Source: Eledone cirrhosa (taxonomy: Eukaryota). From it: a stretch of 64,000 nt of DNA. Positions 12,479-27,400 of this stretch are shown here, in pieces; positions within the stretch are counted from its first letter, which is position 1; each line of letters starts with the position of its first letter. The notes beneath the pieces were generated by a model. It was given only the letters and a program-made list of their open reading frames with translations. It searched no databases and was not told where the DNA came from. The stretch covers positions 320,726,001 to 320,790,000 of the forward strand of contig OZ024740.1 of assembly GCA_964016885.1 (NCBI GenBank). Direction: 5' to 3'. The position numbers and the translations under genes were made by a program.

Positions 12479-15400
12479 TAAAAAATTCAATTTTAAACAA
12501 TAAATAGCTTGTTTTTTTCTCTTTTTTTACAAATATATGGCATATGTATATTAAGCATTTATATAGTCATCTATAATAAAGACATAGACATCTATGAGAT
12601 TGTGTAGATTCTACACATCTATGAGATTGTGTAGATTCTACACAATCTCATAGATGTCTTTATTCTTATTGGCAAAATCACATTCTTTTTACATCTATGT
12701 TACTAATGATAAACTAACATCATCACCATCATTGTTTAATGTCCACTTTCTCTGCTAGTAAGGTTTGGATGTGTCATCACAGACTGATGGTGGTGGGCGC
12801 TGAGGGTGGGGGGCACTGAGGGTATTATGTGGCCGTGAGGGGGGCGGTGGCCCCAAAAGTTTGAGAACCTCTGCTCTAGATAATAATTGAAAAAATCTGG
12901 TAAAATATCTTGGTAGAAGTGGACAGAAGCTGTTCCCTTTTTTATGTCTATAATAGTGATCAATTATTTTGGTCATTTGTGACAAGACACACATTTCAAA
13001 TTAATATATATATAATTGTGAATTTAAATAATATTTCAGAGAAAATATTTCAACAAAGATAAATGATTTAAAATTATTAGGTCTATATAGATATTAACAA
13101 CCTTTCTTTTTCCATCCTAGCATGATTGGAATAGCCTTATATAAATTAATTAGAATATTTGTATACTGCTGGAACAATTGTTTATACAGCTGAAGCTTTT
13201 CCTACTGTTAATCACTTAACCATAAGTGAAAAGTGAAACCTGTCTTGCCAGTGAGACAGACAAAGATAAGTAGTGTTATGTGCTTCTCGAAATTCACCAA
13301 CACTACACCTGATATTTCCCTTCCATACACATGAACGCATGTATGTGTGTGTGTATGTGTGTCTGTCTGTGTGTATATCATGACTCAAACACTGTTCACT
13401 TTCCTGACATTTGTACATTATTCTATGTACAATACATGCACCTTTGATGAGGTGTAGTGCACCTGAGCATTGTACACATAACTTTCATTATTATTAATTT
13501 ATCCTTTTACTTACATAGCCTTCCATACCTCCCACATATACATAACATCACAGTCACAATCACCATTCTCTAGAAAAAGCAGCACTTGCCAAATATACCA
13601 TCCCCCTTCTTACCAGCAAACAATACAGAACATCTAACTTCAAACAACCATCATACTCACAACGTTAACATACCACATACCATAAACATACATAAATGAC
13701 AAATGTTAGGAATTACAGAAATCACCTCCACATTCAGACATCATCATCATCATCATTTTACATCTATTTTTCCATGCTTGCATGGCCTGGGTGGGTCCTT
13801 TCTAGCACAGCTTCCCTCTACTCTCAGCAATCCTTTGTCATCTCCTCTGTGAGGTTCAACATAATGAGATCACCTTAACAACCTCTGCTCATGTTTATCT
13901 TGGTCTTCTACTGCAGCTCTCTTCCACTGTGTTCACCAAGTGTCCATCATTCATATGTATCAACATACCAGCAGAGTCTTCTCCCTTGCACAATATATCT
14001 GATTCCACATATATCCAGTGTTTCTCTTAAGTTTATCCACGCTCCATTACCCATGCACACTAACAGAACACATAGTAAACAAAACAAAATAACACAAACC
14101 TACTTAGAGAGTACAACGTTTGTTGTTAAATAATGCATTAGATCCATCATACATTATGTCAGTCCTGCCTGGGCTTCCAATCTCACCTCAACAAATTACA
14201 AAGAACACAAGTCATCATACTGCACGTCATCACAGATTGCAAAAAGAATAATTGCTAGACTTACCTCAGCAGCTTCTTCTGAAATAGCAAAAGATAAGGA
14301 ACTACTCATGATTTGTTCCTCTTTAAAATTTGATCCATCAGAATTTGTAGTAGAAAAAGCTATTGTAGGCAGTTCTAATTTGGAAGAACTAGATATCACA
14401 GGCTGCATATCAGCAAAATAATCAATTTCTTGTGACTTCTTAGGTACCTTAATATTCATGATATCAAATTCTTCACCAAGTTGTTTGTCAGAAATGTTTT
14501 GGGAAATATTTGTTGATTTGGCAGAATAATGTAGACTATTATGTGAAATCTCTTCGGAGTGTGTTTTAATAACAGTCAGTGTGTGAATGTTTGAATTTAT
14601 TGATGGCTGATCTCCTGCCCATGAACCATTAAAATCATCTGTCATAGACCATTTCTTTCCTAATTTCGAGCTGGAATTATTAACTGAAGTTAAATCTGTT
14701 TTGTTCAAGTGGATATCATTGACAGCATTTCTTAGATTTTCATTAACTAATTGCTTCTTATTTCTAACAGCATCACCAACTGAACTCATCTGAGCTAGCT
14801 CAGCTTCAATTTCTTGGTCAAAATATTTATTTTTTTCATCATCACCCCATTCTTCAGAGTTATCCCAGTCTAGCCAATCATCAGGATCATCTGGCTTGTA
14901 TTCTTCATATATCACTTCTGTTGGGTGGTCAGTAATATTCACTTCTACAGAGTTGCCTTCAATAATAAAATCTGAAAAACAAATATTTAGACATTTTATG
15001 TGATTCTAGTTAATAAGGATGAATCTGAACATTTATTATCTCTGTTCCAACGGATGTATTTGATTTGGTCAAACACAGCCATCAGCACGTACATCAAGCT
15101 GTGCTTGTACACCAACATTGTAGATCCCACTGGCATCTACACCTGCGAAATGTGGAAACGCAGATAGGCGTCTAAACACTTTCCACCAAAGGTGCCTGTG
15201 TAAGACTCTAAAGGTCACCTGGTGAGATTGGGTTAGGAACGCAGATATCCTGCAGAGAGCAGGGTGACATACATTACAGAAGATTGTCACGGAGCATCAG
15301 CTTTATTTTGCAAGTCACACAGAAAAGAGGCCGACTGAAGATGACCTGACAGCGGAAATTCTAAAGTGACCTACAAACCGTCAACATCACCTGGCACAGA

Positions 15401-18400
15401 TGTCAACAAGCTGCCACTGACTGACAGTGTTGGAGACAATTGGTTGACTTATGTTCCCGACAGAACAAGCCGAGCTAAGAGTTTAGTATACACATATTAC
15501 TTAGACATATTCTGCAATAATGCTCTTAAATTTATGTCATATCTAAAACAATTCAGACAATATTCTACAATTAATGGGCTTATATAACAGGAGAATGCAA
15601 TTATTATCTGAATAAATCATTTTTATTATTTTCAAGTAATAGTAAGAAATAATTTTACCAAATAGATACAACAGATTACCAATATTGTTATCCCACATTT
15701 CAAGCTAACTTAAAAAAATAAATACTGGGATCAATATAGTAGTGCTATAGCATGCCCTTAGTTCAATGACTGAAACCAGCTCTGCCTAGATTGAATCACT
15801 GATTTCTGAGCTATGCACTCTATCAAGTAATGTTACTCCAAAGACCCTTTAGAGGAACCCCATTTCAGCCACTTGTATTCACAATCTTATTTGTAATAAA
15901 TAATTCTTAGTTAAAATTAAGTAGGAAGATTTTAATTTAAATAGGAACCCTTTAAAATCGGCAGTTTTATTTCATAGAACCAGAGCCAGTTTTGGTTGGG
16001 CTTGACTGGCACGAAAAGGGTCAAACACGTGTGGTAACTAGGAATTTGAAATGATACTCTAAACTTTATTTACTTTAACTTATATGGAAGTGACTAGAAA
16101 TTTAACACATATATTAACAACAACTCACCTTTCTGGTGTATACTGTCAGGTACTTTAGGAGACTCAACATTATTTTCAAGGATTACTTTACAATGTTTTT
16201 TATTTGTTTCTTCATCTGTGTGTTCATTAGAATCCCTCAATGAACTTTGGCTGTAAGATTAAATACAACACTATCATTTTGCTGCATGGTTTGTGTTTAG
16301 ACTATGTCTAACAACTATTCATACTATGGATCCTTACAAATTTATATCAATGGTACCTACAGCTAAAGTAAGCTTTAGCTGTAGCAATTCATTGAATTAT
16401 GTAAAATAAGATATGATTATAGTTTTCTAATTCTATTTTCCTGTGAGAAGATTGTAATGCAACACCCTAAACCTCAAATTACTCATAAAATATACTATTG
16501 TTAACTATTATGTAGTCATGCAACAAGTGTCTATCACTGAATAATTTTCTGAGTTATTCATGTGTTATTATATGATTCAGTGATCATCCAATAAAAACTG
16601 TGCTCTCTTATTATACTCTGCTATTAAATAAGTAGGCTTTTTTAAATAACAAGGCTTTTTTGTGTATTATAGTAGAACACCATTAGTAGGTAAAACTCTC
16701 AACACTTCAGATGAAAATCATTTTGGTTTGGTTTGTGGTTTTTGTTACTGCTCATGAGGGACAGATTGGCAATGATCATAGCATGATCAGAGTCACCTAA
16801 AAGTTCCTCAGTATTAACACTAATAACCGTTTCAGGAGTAGTGGTAAAGAGTAGATTCAAAGTGTTGTCATCTCTTGTTGGGGAGGTGACTACTTAGGAC
16901 CAGTTCGAGTTCACCACTAGCTCAAGGAAATCATTTGCACTTTGTGGCCAACGAAAGGTTTCCCAGTCAATCTCAGGGTGATTGAAGTCCCCTGCAATAA
17001 AAACATAAGTGGCTGTTTTCCTGGCAGCAGCTCTGAGGATATCACAAAGTTGAGTGTGCTGATGGTAATTTGGGGGTCGGTAAACGACTCCAAGTAGCAG
17101 TGTTGACATGGTCATACGTATATTGCAGAAAAATACTTCTTGCTGCAATTGATTCAAATCAACACAAGGAATTGCTGAAAAGTTTGAACGAATGTAGACC
17201 ATTACACCACCACCATGACAATTAATACAGTCTTTACGAAACAAGTTGTAGCCGGTTATGCTGAAAACCCCATCACAGAGTAAGGGATGTGCCCTTGTTT
17301 CCGTGACTAATGAAGTCAAGGTCGATACCTTTGACGTAGGAGTCAAAAAGATGTATCTTATTGCATAGACTATGTACATTTAAGGACAACAATTTGTACT
17401 TTGATTTCAGTCTATGATTATGTGCAGGGGATGGCAGGTTGTTCTGATTTAGTTTCCAAGAGTTTTTTCAGTTTTTTTATTGCCAGTTGTTGTGGGTACA
17501 GTATTTTCAGACCAGCTGGTATCTCTTTTCCATGTTTCACCAGCCGTAATAAACTTCCATATCTTACCATCATCACGTAGGCTGAAGCTTTCATGTTGTG
17601 CTGAGTTGCGGTTCAAGGAAGCTGCAGCACGTGGCTGTCATGTTTCTTAATAGACTGATAATTGTTTCCACTTTAGGCACAAGGCCAGCAAATTTGGGAG
17701 AAGAGAAATTCGATTCAATCGACCCCAGTGCATTACTGGTACTTTATTTTATCAACCCCGTAAAGATGAAAGACAAAGCTAACCTCGGTGGGATTTTAAC
17801 TCATAATAGACTGATAATAAAAATAAATCTCTAAGTTCATTTATGTAAGAAAACAAATCTAGAACCACTTAAAAACTCTTTATGTTATTACCTGATGAAA
17901 AATCTAATATCTGAAACAATAACTTAAATACTAAAATATTGATTATCAGTAAAACAACATTTTGCCAGATAACTTTGATGAAACCATTGCAACATAACCC
18001 AAATTAGCTGCATAGCTCAATTTGGGGCCCTCTTCATCAAAGGGTAAATAATGCCCAAACAGGATAATCCTGTCTGTTCGAGGAGTGTCACTCATCTGGG
18101 ATGCAAGGTGTTGCAACACTTTCTCCAGTGCAAAACTCATCATTTAGTCACAAACCTGGTGTTGTGACCTGCAACATAAAGGTGCAGAAGATGACCAAAT
18201 TCCAAGCATTGATTGACCAATTCCTTTTTGTGCCAGTTGCCATTGAGACCTTTAGTGTCTGCAGTCCCTAAACTTGTTTTCCTCTGGCAAATCAGAATGA
18301 GAGCATCATGCCTGAGGGAGGAGCCCTACAAAGTTGAAAGACTTATGCAGTATCTTTGGCTGATTTCCTTAGGAAAGCTTTTGCCATCTTGTCCACGGGG

Positions 18401-21400
18401 CATAGCTGAAATATAATATTCAGCCATAGATTATATGTAATAATGACTTAGTTAATTAACTGAATCATAACAAACCTAGAATAATAAGCCCTATCCTCAC
18501 ACTCTTTCTCTAGCTTCACAATAAGCCCTATCCTCACAATAGGCCCTATCCTTACCAAACTCTTCAATCTTTCTCCTGTTTTAAACATCAAGTTTATTCA
18601 TAACAGTAAATTATCTCCTAACCTGGAAATACCTTTTTGTGTGGTTTATTCTCACCAATTTATAAACAATGCTAAAAGCAAATATTAAATATATAGTCTA
18701 TACCATGAATTTCATATTAAAAAATATTAGTCAATAAAATTAGTCAGTCTTACATTGAGGACGCGAGATCTTTCAACAATGGCTTTTTAAGTACATTAAT
18801 AATTGAAGGAGTTAACTTTTCTTCTTTTATTACATCTTGAACGTTCTGAAATAAAGAAAACATTGTAAACATATAAAATAACTCTTGATTATTATTTACA
18901 TGTAATTATGTCATATGCATGCATGGTCCCATAACTCCTGAGGAGTTGTATGGGTGCTGTATTGACATATGTCATTTCTAGGGCATTTTAAAACTTGGCA
19001 GAACCCATCCCTCTCCAGGTCTGAATGCAGCAGATTTCTTCCAGAGAAGGAAAGACAGTAAGAAAATTGAGTGAAAAAGAGATATAGAGGAAGAATCGAC
19101 CACAGTACTAGACTGGTGCTTTGGTATCGACCTTGAATAGATGAAAGGCAAAGTTGACCTCAACAGGATTTGAACTCAGTGAGTAGAAAGCCAAAACAAA
19201 GATTTCTATCTGATGTTCTAACAAAGTATCTCATATATGTAACATAAATTATACAAACTGTAGGAACCACTATTAGAACATCTAAAATTTAGTAAGAAGA
19301 TTCAGTCGACTGAAACTACCTGTATTTCAATCTGCAGGTGTAAAATTAACTGAGTAAACTGAACATTTAACAAACATTATAGTCAAGGTAACGTTAGAAA
19401 ATAGAGGATGTAACACACACCTTTGGTTTACCTTCTTTGAAATATTGCTTTTGTGGTCCACCAATAACTGTGTCCCCTCCCAGTATAGGAACCAGGTCAG
19501 CCACAGCATGCAGACTGGCAGATACAAGTTCATCATTTACATCACGAAGACCAAGAAGCAGCTGAAAGAGATATGCAATGTTTAAAACATAAAATTTGGA
19601 GTGTCAACAATGAGGGTATGCTGAAAAGTTTAAAAGCTGACTATGAAGGAGTGATGCTAGAGCTGTGAAATCTTACATGCATTAATTTCAACTCTTATTA
19701 ATAACTGCATTGTTTCTTTCTAGGGACTATGTTGAAAAATAAACCTCATTTGGTCATTCCATTAACTTTTCAGAAAACCTTCCAATTAAAACTTTCCATC
19801 ATAATTTTATTTTAGAAATATTTGTTAAGTAATGTTCTAGACTTCAGCTTACTAATGAAAAACTTAGTTATTTTACTGAATTCATTAAAATATTTGGTTA
19901 TTTTCAAAATTAACTGAAATAAATAGGAACTGTTATTTCATTAGAAATACAATAATGAAAGGGTTTATAGGAAATAGAATTATTCAGTCATTAAAATGTG
20001 TATTGACACAGTTTACCTAACTGAATACTGAGTTAAAAAGATTATAAAAATGCATAAAAAATACACCAGCAAGTGAAATGTAGATGATTGCAAAATACAA
20101 TAGTTACCTGTGGGAAAATGACTTCTTCAATTTCTTCTTTCTCAAATAACTCAACATAATAACAAAAATATTTCAAAAGGATTAGACGGACATGAACTTC
20201 GCGGACTTTGAATATGTTGACCAATTCTGGAATGACGTATTTTTTAAATAAGGGTTTACTGAAGATTGAAGATGAACAAGGACTGCTGCTAGACTTCTTA
20301 TGTGAGTCTTTATTCTCAACTGTGAAAAACAATGAAAAAATGTGTTGTGTTAGTTTATAGATTGTAATAAATTCTCCATTTCTTTTTAAAGTAAATTACA
20401 ATTATTCAATTCCCTATAAAGAATATAACAAAGGGTTAGGAGGACTCTTCAGCTATGTCAATGACATGACAACCTCCCTACTGCTGGTGGTTTATACACC
20501 TAGTACACACTGTAAAGTTGTTGGTGATTGAAAGGGCATCTAGTTATAGAAAACCTGCCAAACAAAGGGTCGGGAGGACACATTAGCTGTGTGACAGACA
20601 TGGTGATAACCTCCCTTGCAATGGTGTCATGATAAACTACACTGAGTAGAGCACAAGAAAATATGTAAGTGAAATGCGGACCTCCCGACTGTCTGAGTAC
20701 TTGGTAGAGTATGGGAACATATAAAAGTGTGATGCAAGCTTCTGGCCGGTCTGAGAGGTCAGTAGCTCTGTTTGTGTACTGACTTAGTGTGTGTTAACCT
20801 CTCCTGTCCTTGCTAGCAGGGAAAATAGATGTTAAATGGCGATCATGATTATGATTATTGAGAATATAATAAACAAATAAACATAGTTATATCAAAATGT
20901 ACCTTACATACACTTGATCAGCAAGATTTAAATTCATCCTTAACTTAGAGCTTCTTCTATCAATAAACACAGTATATAGAGAAGAAAGGTTGGCTGGGTC
21001 TTCACAGATTGAGTCAGTACTTAAGCAGAGCTACTGACCTTTCAGATGAGCTGGGGGCCTGCACCTTGCTTATATACAATCCCATGCATTAGTCAGTGAA
21101 TTCTATCGTGAAACTAAAACTAAGGAGGTTGTCATGACATGTCTTTAACACAGCTGAGAGGTACTCCCAACCCTTTGTTTGACAGGTTTTCTAAGACTGG
21201 ATGTTCTTCCTGTCACCAACACTATGGAGAGTGTCATCTTTTTGATACAACAGAAGGATCCATCTATTAGACAGGAAATATAAATATAATTAAGTAAATG
21301 GTTGACATAACACAAACCTTGTTGAGGAATAAGAAGACTTGGAAGCAAGAACTCTAGTGCATCTTTGTTTAAGACAACAAATCGAGAAAGCAATAAATGG

Positions 21401-24400
21401 ACCAACTGACTCCCAACCAGGTCTTCAGAATATTCTTGCAGAATTGAAACAACATGACTGAAAAATAAACAAGCAAATAAATAAAAATACATTATTATTA
21501 TGTTGTAGTGTGAATTGGCAGTATTAGTAGGCACCGGACAACATGCTTTGTGGCATATAGTTCTAGGTTCAAATCCCACTGTATAAAATCTGTGTGTAAA
21601 GGCTGGAGAGAAATGAAGCAATCATTCTTTGACGGATGTGCAATGTTAATGTGCGAGAATGACAAAGCTTGAATGAACTGAAAGAAAAACTCGGTGTAAG
21701 AGGAATCAGAAGTAGCATATAAGAGAGAAGACTGTTGATATGGACATGTGATATGCATGGATGATGATTACTGGGTAAAAAGTGAAAAGTGCTAGAAAAT
21801 CCCAGTCAAAGGAAGCTGCAGTAGAGAAAGACTAAGGAAGACCTAAGAGAAGGGGGTGAGAGAAGACCTGAAATCACTGAAACTCACAGATGATATGACA
21901 AAGGAAAGCAACAAGTGGAGAGATACTGTGATGAAAAGAACCCATCCAACTCATACAAGCATGGAAAAGACATAGAGATGATGATGACACACACACACAC
22001 ATAAATCATTTCTATAAAACAAAAGAAATTGGACAGCCTGAGGCTACAGTAGAAGACACTTACTGAAGGTACTGAGCAGTGGGATTGAACCCCAAGCCAC
22101 GTGGTATCTTGCTTTCAATATTTAGTTATATCCTGTTATGTTCTGAGTTATAATCCCACTGCTATTACATTCACCCTTCATCATTTTGCAGACATTAAAA
22201 TATATACCAATTTAATAAAATATCTCTCCTCCATATTTATGAACATGTGTCAATATTAGAATACAACAACAAATAATGGTTTCAGATTTAAGCATAAGGC
22301 CAGCAATTTGGGAGAGGGGGGAAAGTCGATTAAATCGACCCCAGTATGCGACTGGTATTTTATTTTATCAACTCCATAAGAATGAAAGGCAAAGTTAACC
22401 GCTGCGAGATTTGAATTCAGAATGTAAAGGGCCATAACTCTATGCTCTAAAGCATGTTGTCTGACACTCTAACGAATCTGCCAATCCACTGCCCGTAATT
22501 CTATGCTTCAAAGCATGTTTCTAATTTAGATACAAGGCAAACGATTTCAATTAAATTGACCCTAATATTTCACTGGTACTTTATTTTATCAACTTCAGGA
22601 AGATGAAAGGCAAAGTTGACCATAGTGGGATTTGAACTCAGAATGTAAAGAGCCAGAATAAATTCTGCTAATCTACTGTCTTTAATTTAGGCACAGGGCC
22701 AGCAAATTTTTTTTTTTTTTGGGGGGGGGGGGGGGGGGGTCAAATATATCAACCCTGGGAGGATGAGAGGCAATGCTGTCCTTGGCAGGATGTGAACTAG
22801 TGGTATTTGTAATATTAGAGGTGGAGGAAGAGGAGGTGATGGTGATGATGATGATGATTGTGATGTTTGTGTTATTGGTAGTAGTGATGGTGGTGGTGTT
22901 TGTGTTGGTGAGGGTAGTGATGGGGATGGTGTTTGTGTTTTGTTGGTGGTGGTGGTTATTGTCATCAAAGTTTCATATTAGTCATATCAACAGATTTAGT
23001 AATGAATCATCTCAACACAAGAACTCTGCAAATGATTCTTGCAGAATATAGAATGGCAGTTTTTTGTAGCTCTGCTATCCAGATCTCTATTTCAATATCC
23101 TTCAGTCTCTTAAATAATGTTCCTACACTAACATGAATGACTTAGAGTCACATATCTCAACTCAAGGTACTTTTCAATCTTCAATCTTTTTTCTCTCTTT
23201 TATTTTGATTCTGCAAAATAAAAAAGAGGACTCTTCAGCTAACCTCATTTTATATGATAAACACACCCAGTACACACTGTAAAGTGGTTGGTGATAAGGG
23301 CATCCAGCCATAGTAGACCTGCCAAACAAAGACTCAGGAGGACTCATCAGCTGTGTCAAAGACATAATAAACTCCCTAGTGTTGATGTCATAATAATATG
23401 TATTCAGTAGTGCACAGGAACGTATGTAAGCAAGTAGCGGACCACTGGTTCAGCAGAATGCAGGAACATATGTAAGCAAGATGCAGGTTCTCAGTCCACC
23501 CATACAGTCAGTACCTTCGCTTGAGTACCTACCTGGTGTGCTGATGACTTGTCCAACTCTTGTTACCAAGGAAAGCAGATGTTAAATGAGGATGATGATG
23601 CTGTAGTAAAATCTATATGATTGGAGGAAATAAAAGCCAGTGGGTAGGTGAGAGAGGATGCAGATAATAGGGAAAAATAGAGAAGCTTGCCATGGAGCCC
23701 ACAAGATAACGCTTGCTTAAGTAGGAAAGACGACCATGTAAATAGAAGATAAGAAAACTTATATATCTGGCAAAATATTAACATTTGAAATCAACATAAC
23801 AATAAAGACTGCTCCAACCCATGCAAATGTGAAAAAACAGATGGAAAAATGATAATGAAAGCAAAAGTGTTCATCTTTCTCTCTCTCTCTCTCTCTCTCC
23901 TTCTTTCAATATAATATGTATCTTTGAAAGGATCTTGTGTACATACAAGAATATTTAATAATTATGGAAATAAACTTGGACTCACCTGAAGAAATCTGTT
24001 TTCTCCTTGCTAGTTTTCAGTGTGATATTCTTGAGGAAAAGTTTTACTTTAAGAAAGTGGTTTCTGAAAAAAAGAAAAAAAAAGAAATAGAATTAATGCA
24101 AGCAAATGCATTCTTTCTCTGATCACTATTTACATTCACACAAACAGTTATATTAACTCTTGAATGTGTGTGTGATAACTGACTCCACAAACACCAGAGG
24201 TTTATAGAACTAGTAACTACTTCTCTCTATCTTTTGAAGTCAATAAAAAGTACCAGTCAAGTCAATTCTTCCTCTATATCTCTTTCTCACTTCCATTCTC
24301 TGATTCTGTATCCTTCTCTGGAAGAAATCTGCTGTATTCCAACCTGGAGAAGAAATGGCCTCCACCAGGTTTTAAAAAATGCCTTGGAAAAGCTGTATGT

Positions 24401-27400
24401 CAATACAACACCCCTACGACTCCCTCGGGAGTTACAGGAGAAAAGTAAAAACTTACTTCCGGGTTCTGTAATGTTAAAGAGATGGACTAGATTGCCTCCC
24501 AGAATAGGTGACATACATATTCTTGATAGTAATGTGAAATGAAGTAGGTAGAATTAAATGCTTTGCATTTTCAAACAATGAAATATAAACAATACAGACG
24601 TATATAATAGTCCAAAGCCTTATATATTCTATTATTTCTTCATACATATTACAATATGTGTGTGCGTATACACATGCACACCATATACTGTGGAACCTCG
24701 ATTCACAAATACCTCTTATTACAAAAAAAATCGGTTCACAAACATAAAACATCTCAAGTAACGAACACGCAAGCCAGCAACAATGGTTGACAACAAGCTG
24801 GGAGTATCGACAGGAAAGTGTTACTTGCTATGTAATTAGTCCCTATGGTGATATCTATCTGTCTTTCACAGACAGTCTATCTTACTCCTTAGTTCTCTCT
24901 CAACATTTCGGGTGATGAACGTCCTTCAGGAATTGTAAAGTCGTTGTGTAGGAGACACAACAAAAAGCACCCAGCCTACACTGTAAAGTGATTGTGATGG
25001 TGACATGACAAAAAGCACCCAGGAACGTAACTATATATTCCAAAGCTCTATCGATACTGCCATAATAATAATAATTTCTAACATAGGAACAAGGCCACAA
25101 ATTTTGGGGAAGGGGGTTTGAGTCATTGAAACTGACCTAGTGTACTTGACAGTCATTATTTTAACAACCCCAGAATGATAAAGGTCAAAACTGATCCTGG
25201 CAGGGATTGAACTCAGATTTTAAAAAGTGCCATAGAAATGTTGTATGTTGATATGGCACTCCTATGACTCTTTCGTGAATGACGGGACCAAGCATGTATG
25301 CAATAAATTCATGTATAAAGTGATAGACATTAAAATAATGATGATGACAATTAAAACTTTCAAAAAATTGTGTAACATTTGTTTACAAGTGGCTGGATTG
25401 AAGGGTCAAGTTAAGAAAGAAAAAAAAGAAAATTCATGACTCACTCATATTTAAAAAGGCGATCATTCAACAAAGATTTTAATGGTGGTCTTTGTTTTGG
25501 GTCCCGACTAAGATATTCATCTTGAATTCGCAATTCAAATGTTTTAAAAAGATCTCCTAAGAAAAGAAAACAAATAATAACAGTACAAATAATAATAATA
25601 ATGGTTTCTAATTTAGGAACAAGGCTTTGGGGGAGGGGAAAGTCAAATAAATCAAACCCAGTGCATTACTAGTTCTTGAGGGTTATTCTTGAGCGCTAAG
25701 ACAGTAAGTTTGCTATTCTTATACATAAGTTTGTTGAATATGTTCAATACTGTTCGAGCTCAAACTTCCTCGGCTTATTCACTCTGAATGAAGAAAGTTG
25801 GATGGAGGAAGGACTTATGACTTAAACAGCTATTGATAGTTCAACACAAAAATTTGATCTGCCATAAACACACCTAGCAAAGGTTGCTATGTATGGGCAC
25901 CCAGCGTCGCTTGAATTTTCAGGCGCACTCTGTGAACTGCAAATAACCCCACCTTTCCTGGGTATTACGAGTACTGCAGCTAGTTTATATATAAATTACT
26001 TAACAAAAATTTCTAAAATAAAATTATGATGAAAAGTTTTAATTCGAGGGTTGGTTGAAAAGTTCACATACTAGCCAAGATACTCTCATGGAATGACCAA
26101 ATGAGGTTTATTTTTCAACATAGTCCTTGGAAAGAAACAAGGCAGTTATTAATAAGAATATTTGAAATTAATGCATGCAAGATTTCACAGTACTAGCATC
26201 AATCCTTCATAGTCAGCCAACCCTCGTATACGGATAAACATTATAAAATGAGCAAAGTTGTATCATATATCCGGGGTGTTTTGGTACCAAAAGAGCTAAG
26301 GGTGGGCTAGATTATGCAAATTTGATATTAGAACTGGATATTTTTCTTAAAGCTAATCACAAAATGTGAAGTTTAGTGATTAGGGTGTTGGGCTTATAAA
26401 CTTGAGGTTGTGAGTTTGATTCCTGGATTATGTAGCATGTTGTGTCCTTGGACAAGACACTTTATTTCATGTTACCTAGTTCACTCAGCTGGAAAAATAC
26501 AAGATGGAATGACACGGGGGTTAAGATGCATTAACCTTAGCCTTTTCCTTAGACACATCGGTGGTATGGATAGGAGAAATTGGCATGCATGGGTGACTGC
26601 TGGGCTTCCACAAAAACACCTTGTGCAGGCCTGTGTCTTGGAAAACTTTATCAGTGGAAATCCATGGTCAATCTTGACCGAAGTAGTCACTCAACAATAA
26701 GTTAGGAAACCTGTTTTTCAACAACACAGGCAATGGCAAATATGTATCTTGACTAGAGGTACAATTCAAAGATGGTAGTGAAGTTGGAATCAATAACTGT
26801 TTGATCACTTGTCCTGTTTCTTAAAGCTATAGCTCCAAAATTTCCATTTTTATATTTAGCAAATTTAAGATTTCAGTATTCTGAGTTAGAGCCGCTACTT
26901 CTCTGAATTGAGATATTACAGCTCCAATATCATAGGCATGTGGTTAGAATGTCTCAGGAAAGAGTCGCTGGACAGATTTTACTGGCAAAACCAACCGGCA
27001 AGAGATCCAGGGGTAGACCCTGAGCAAAATGGATAGATAATATCTATGAGCTTGGTGGTCTCGCTTGGGGATCCAGCTGGATCAATTAGAGATGGTTGCT
27101 TCAGACAGGACCTGCTGCTCCCAAGAACCTTTCAGGAATAAGTAGGCAAAGAAGAAGAAAAGAAGTATTCTGAAGAAGGGGGGGGGGGGGTGATAAAACT
27201 GTAAAGTCAGGATTGGAAGACAGACAACAAGAAAACATATCCAAAACATTTCAATAATACAAATATCAAATGTGCTGAAAAGTCAAATCTATTGTTATGA
27301 AATAACAGATTTCATTGGAGATTAATTATGTATGTGGGGGTGGATTGGTGAATGAGTGGGTGGATGTGCATGTGTGAGTGTTTTAACATCTGTAAGTCAA

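Noticed and set aside
17946-18420. Nested gene or exon (MPRGQDGK...)
   Set aside because: Interrupted by stops and does not fit the SCYL3 model; probably a decayed DNA transposon, but I cannot assign it.
20903-20956. Possible extra SCYL3 exon
   Set aside because: It has a stop codon in the required phase, and exons 7 and 8 already join in frame.
22687-23051. Pro/Ser/Thr-rich and Val/Met-rich ORFs
   Set aside because: Low-complexity (GGT/GAT)n sequence and T/G homopolymers in an intron.
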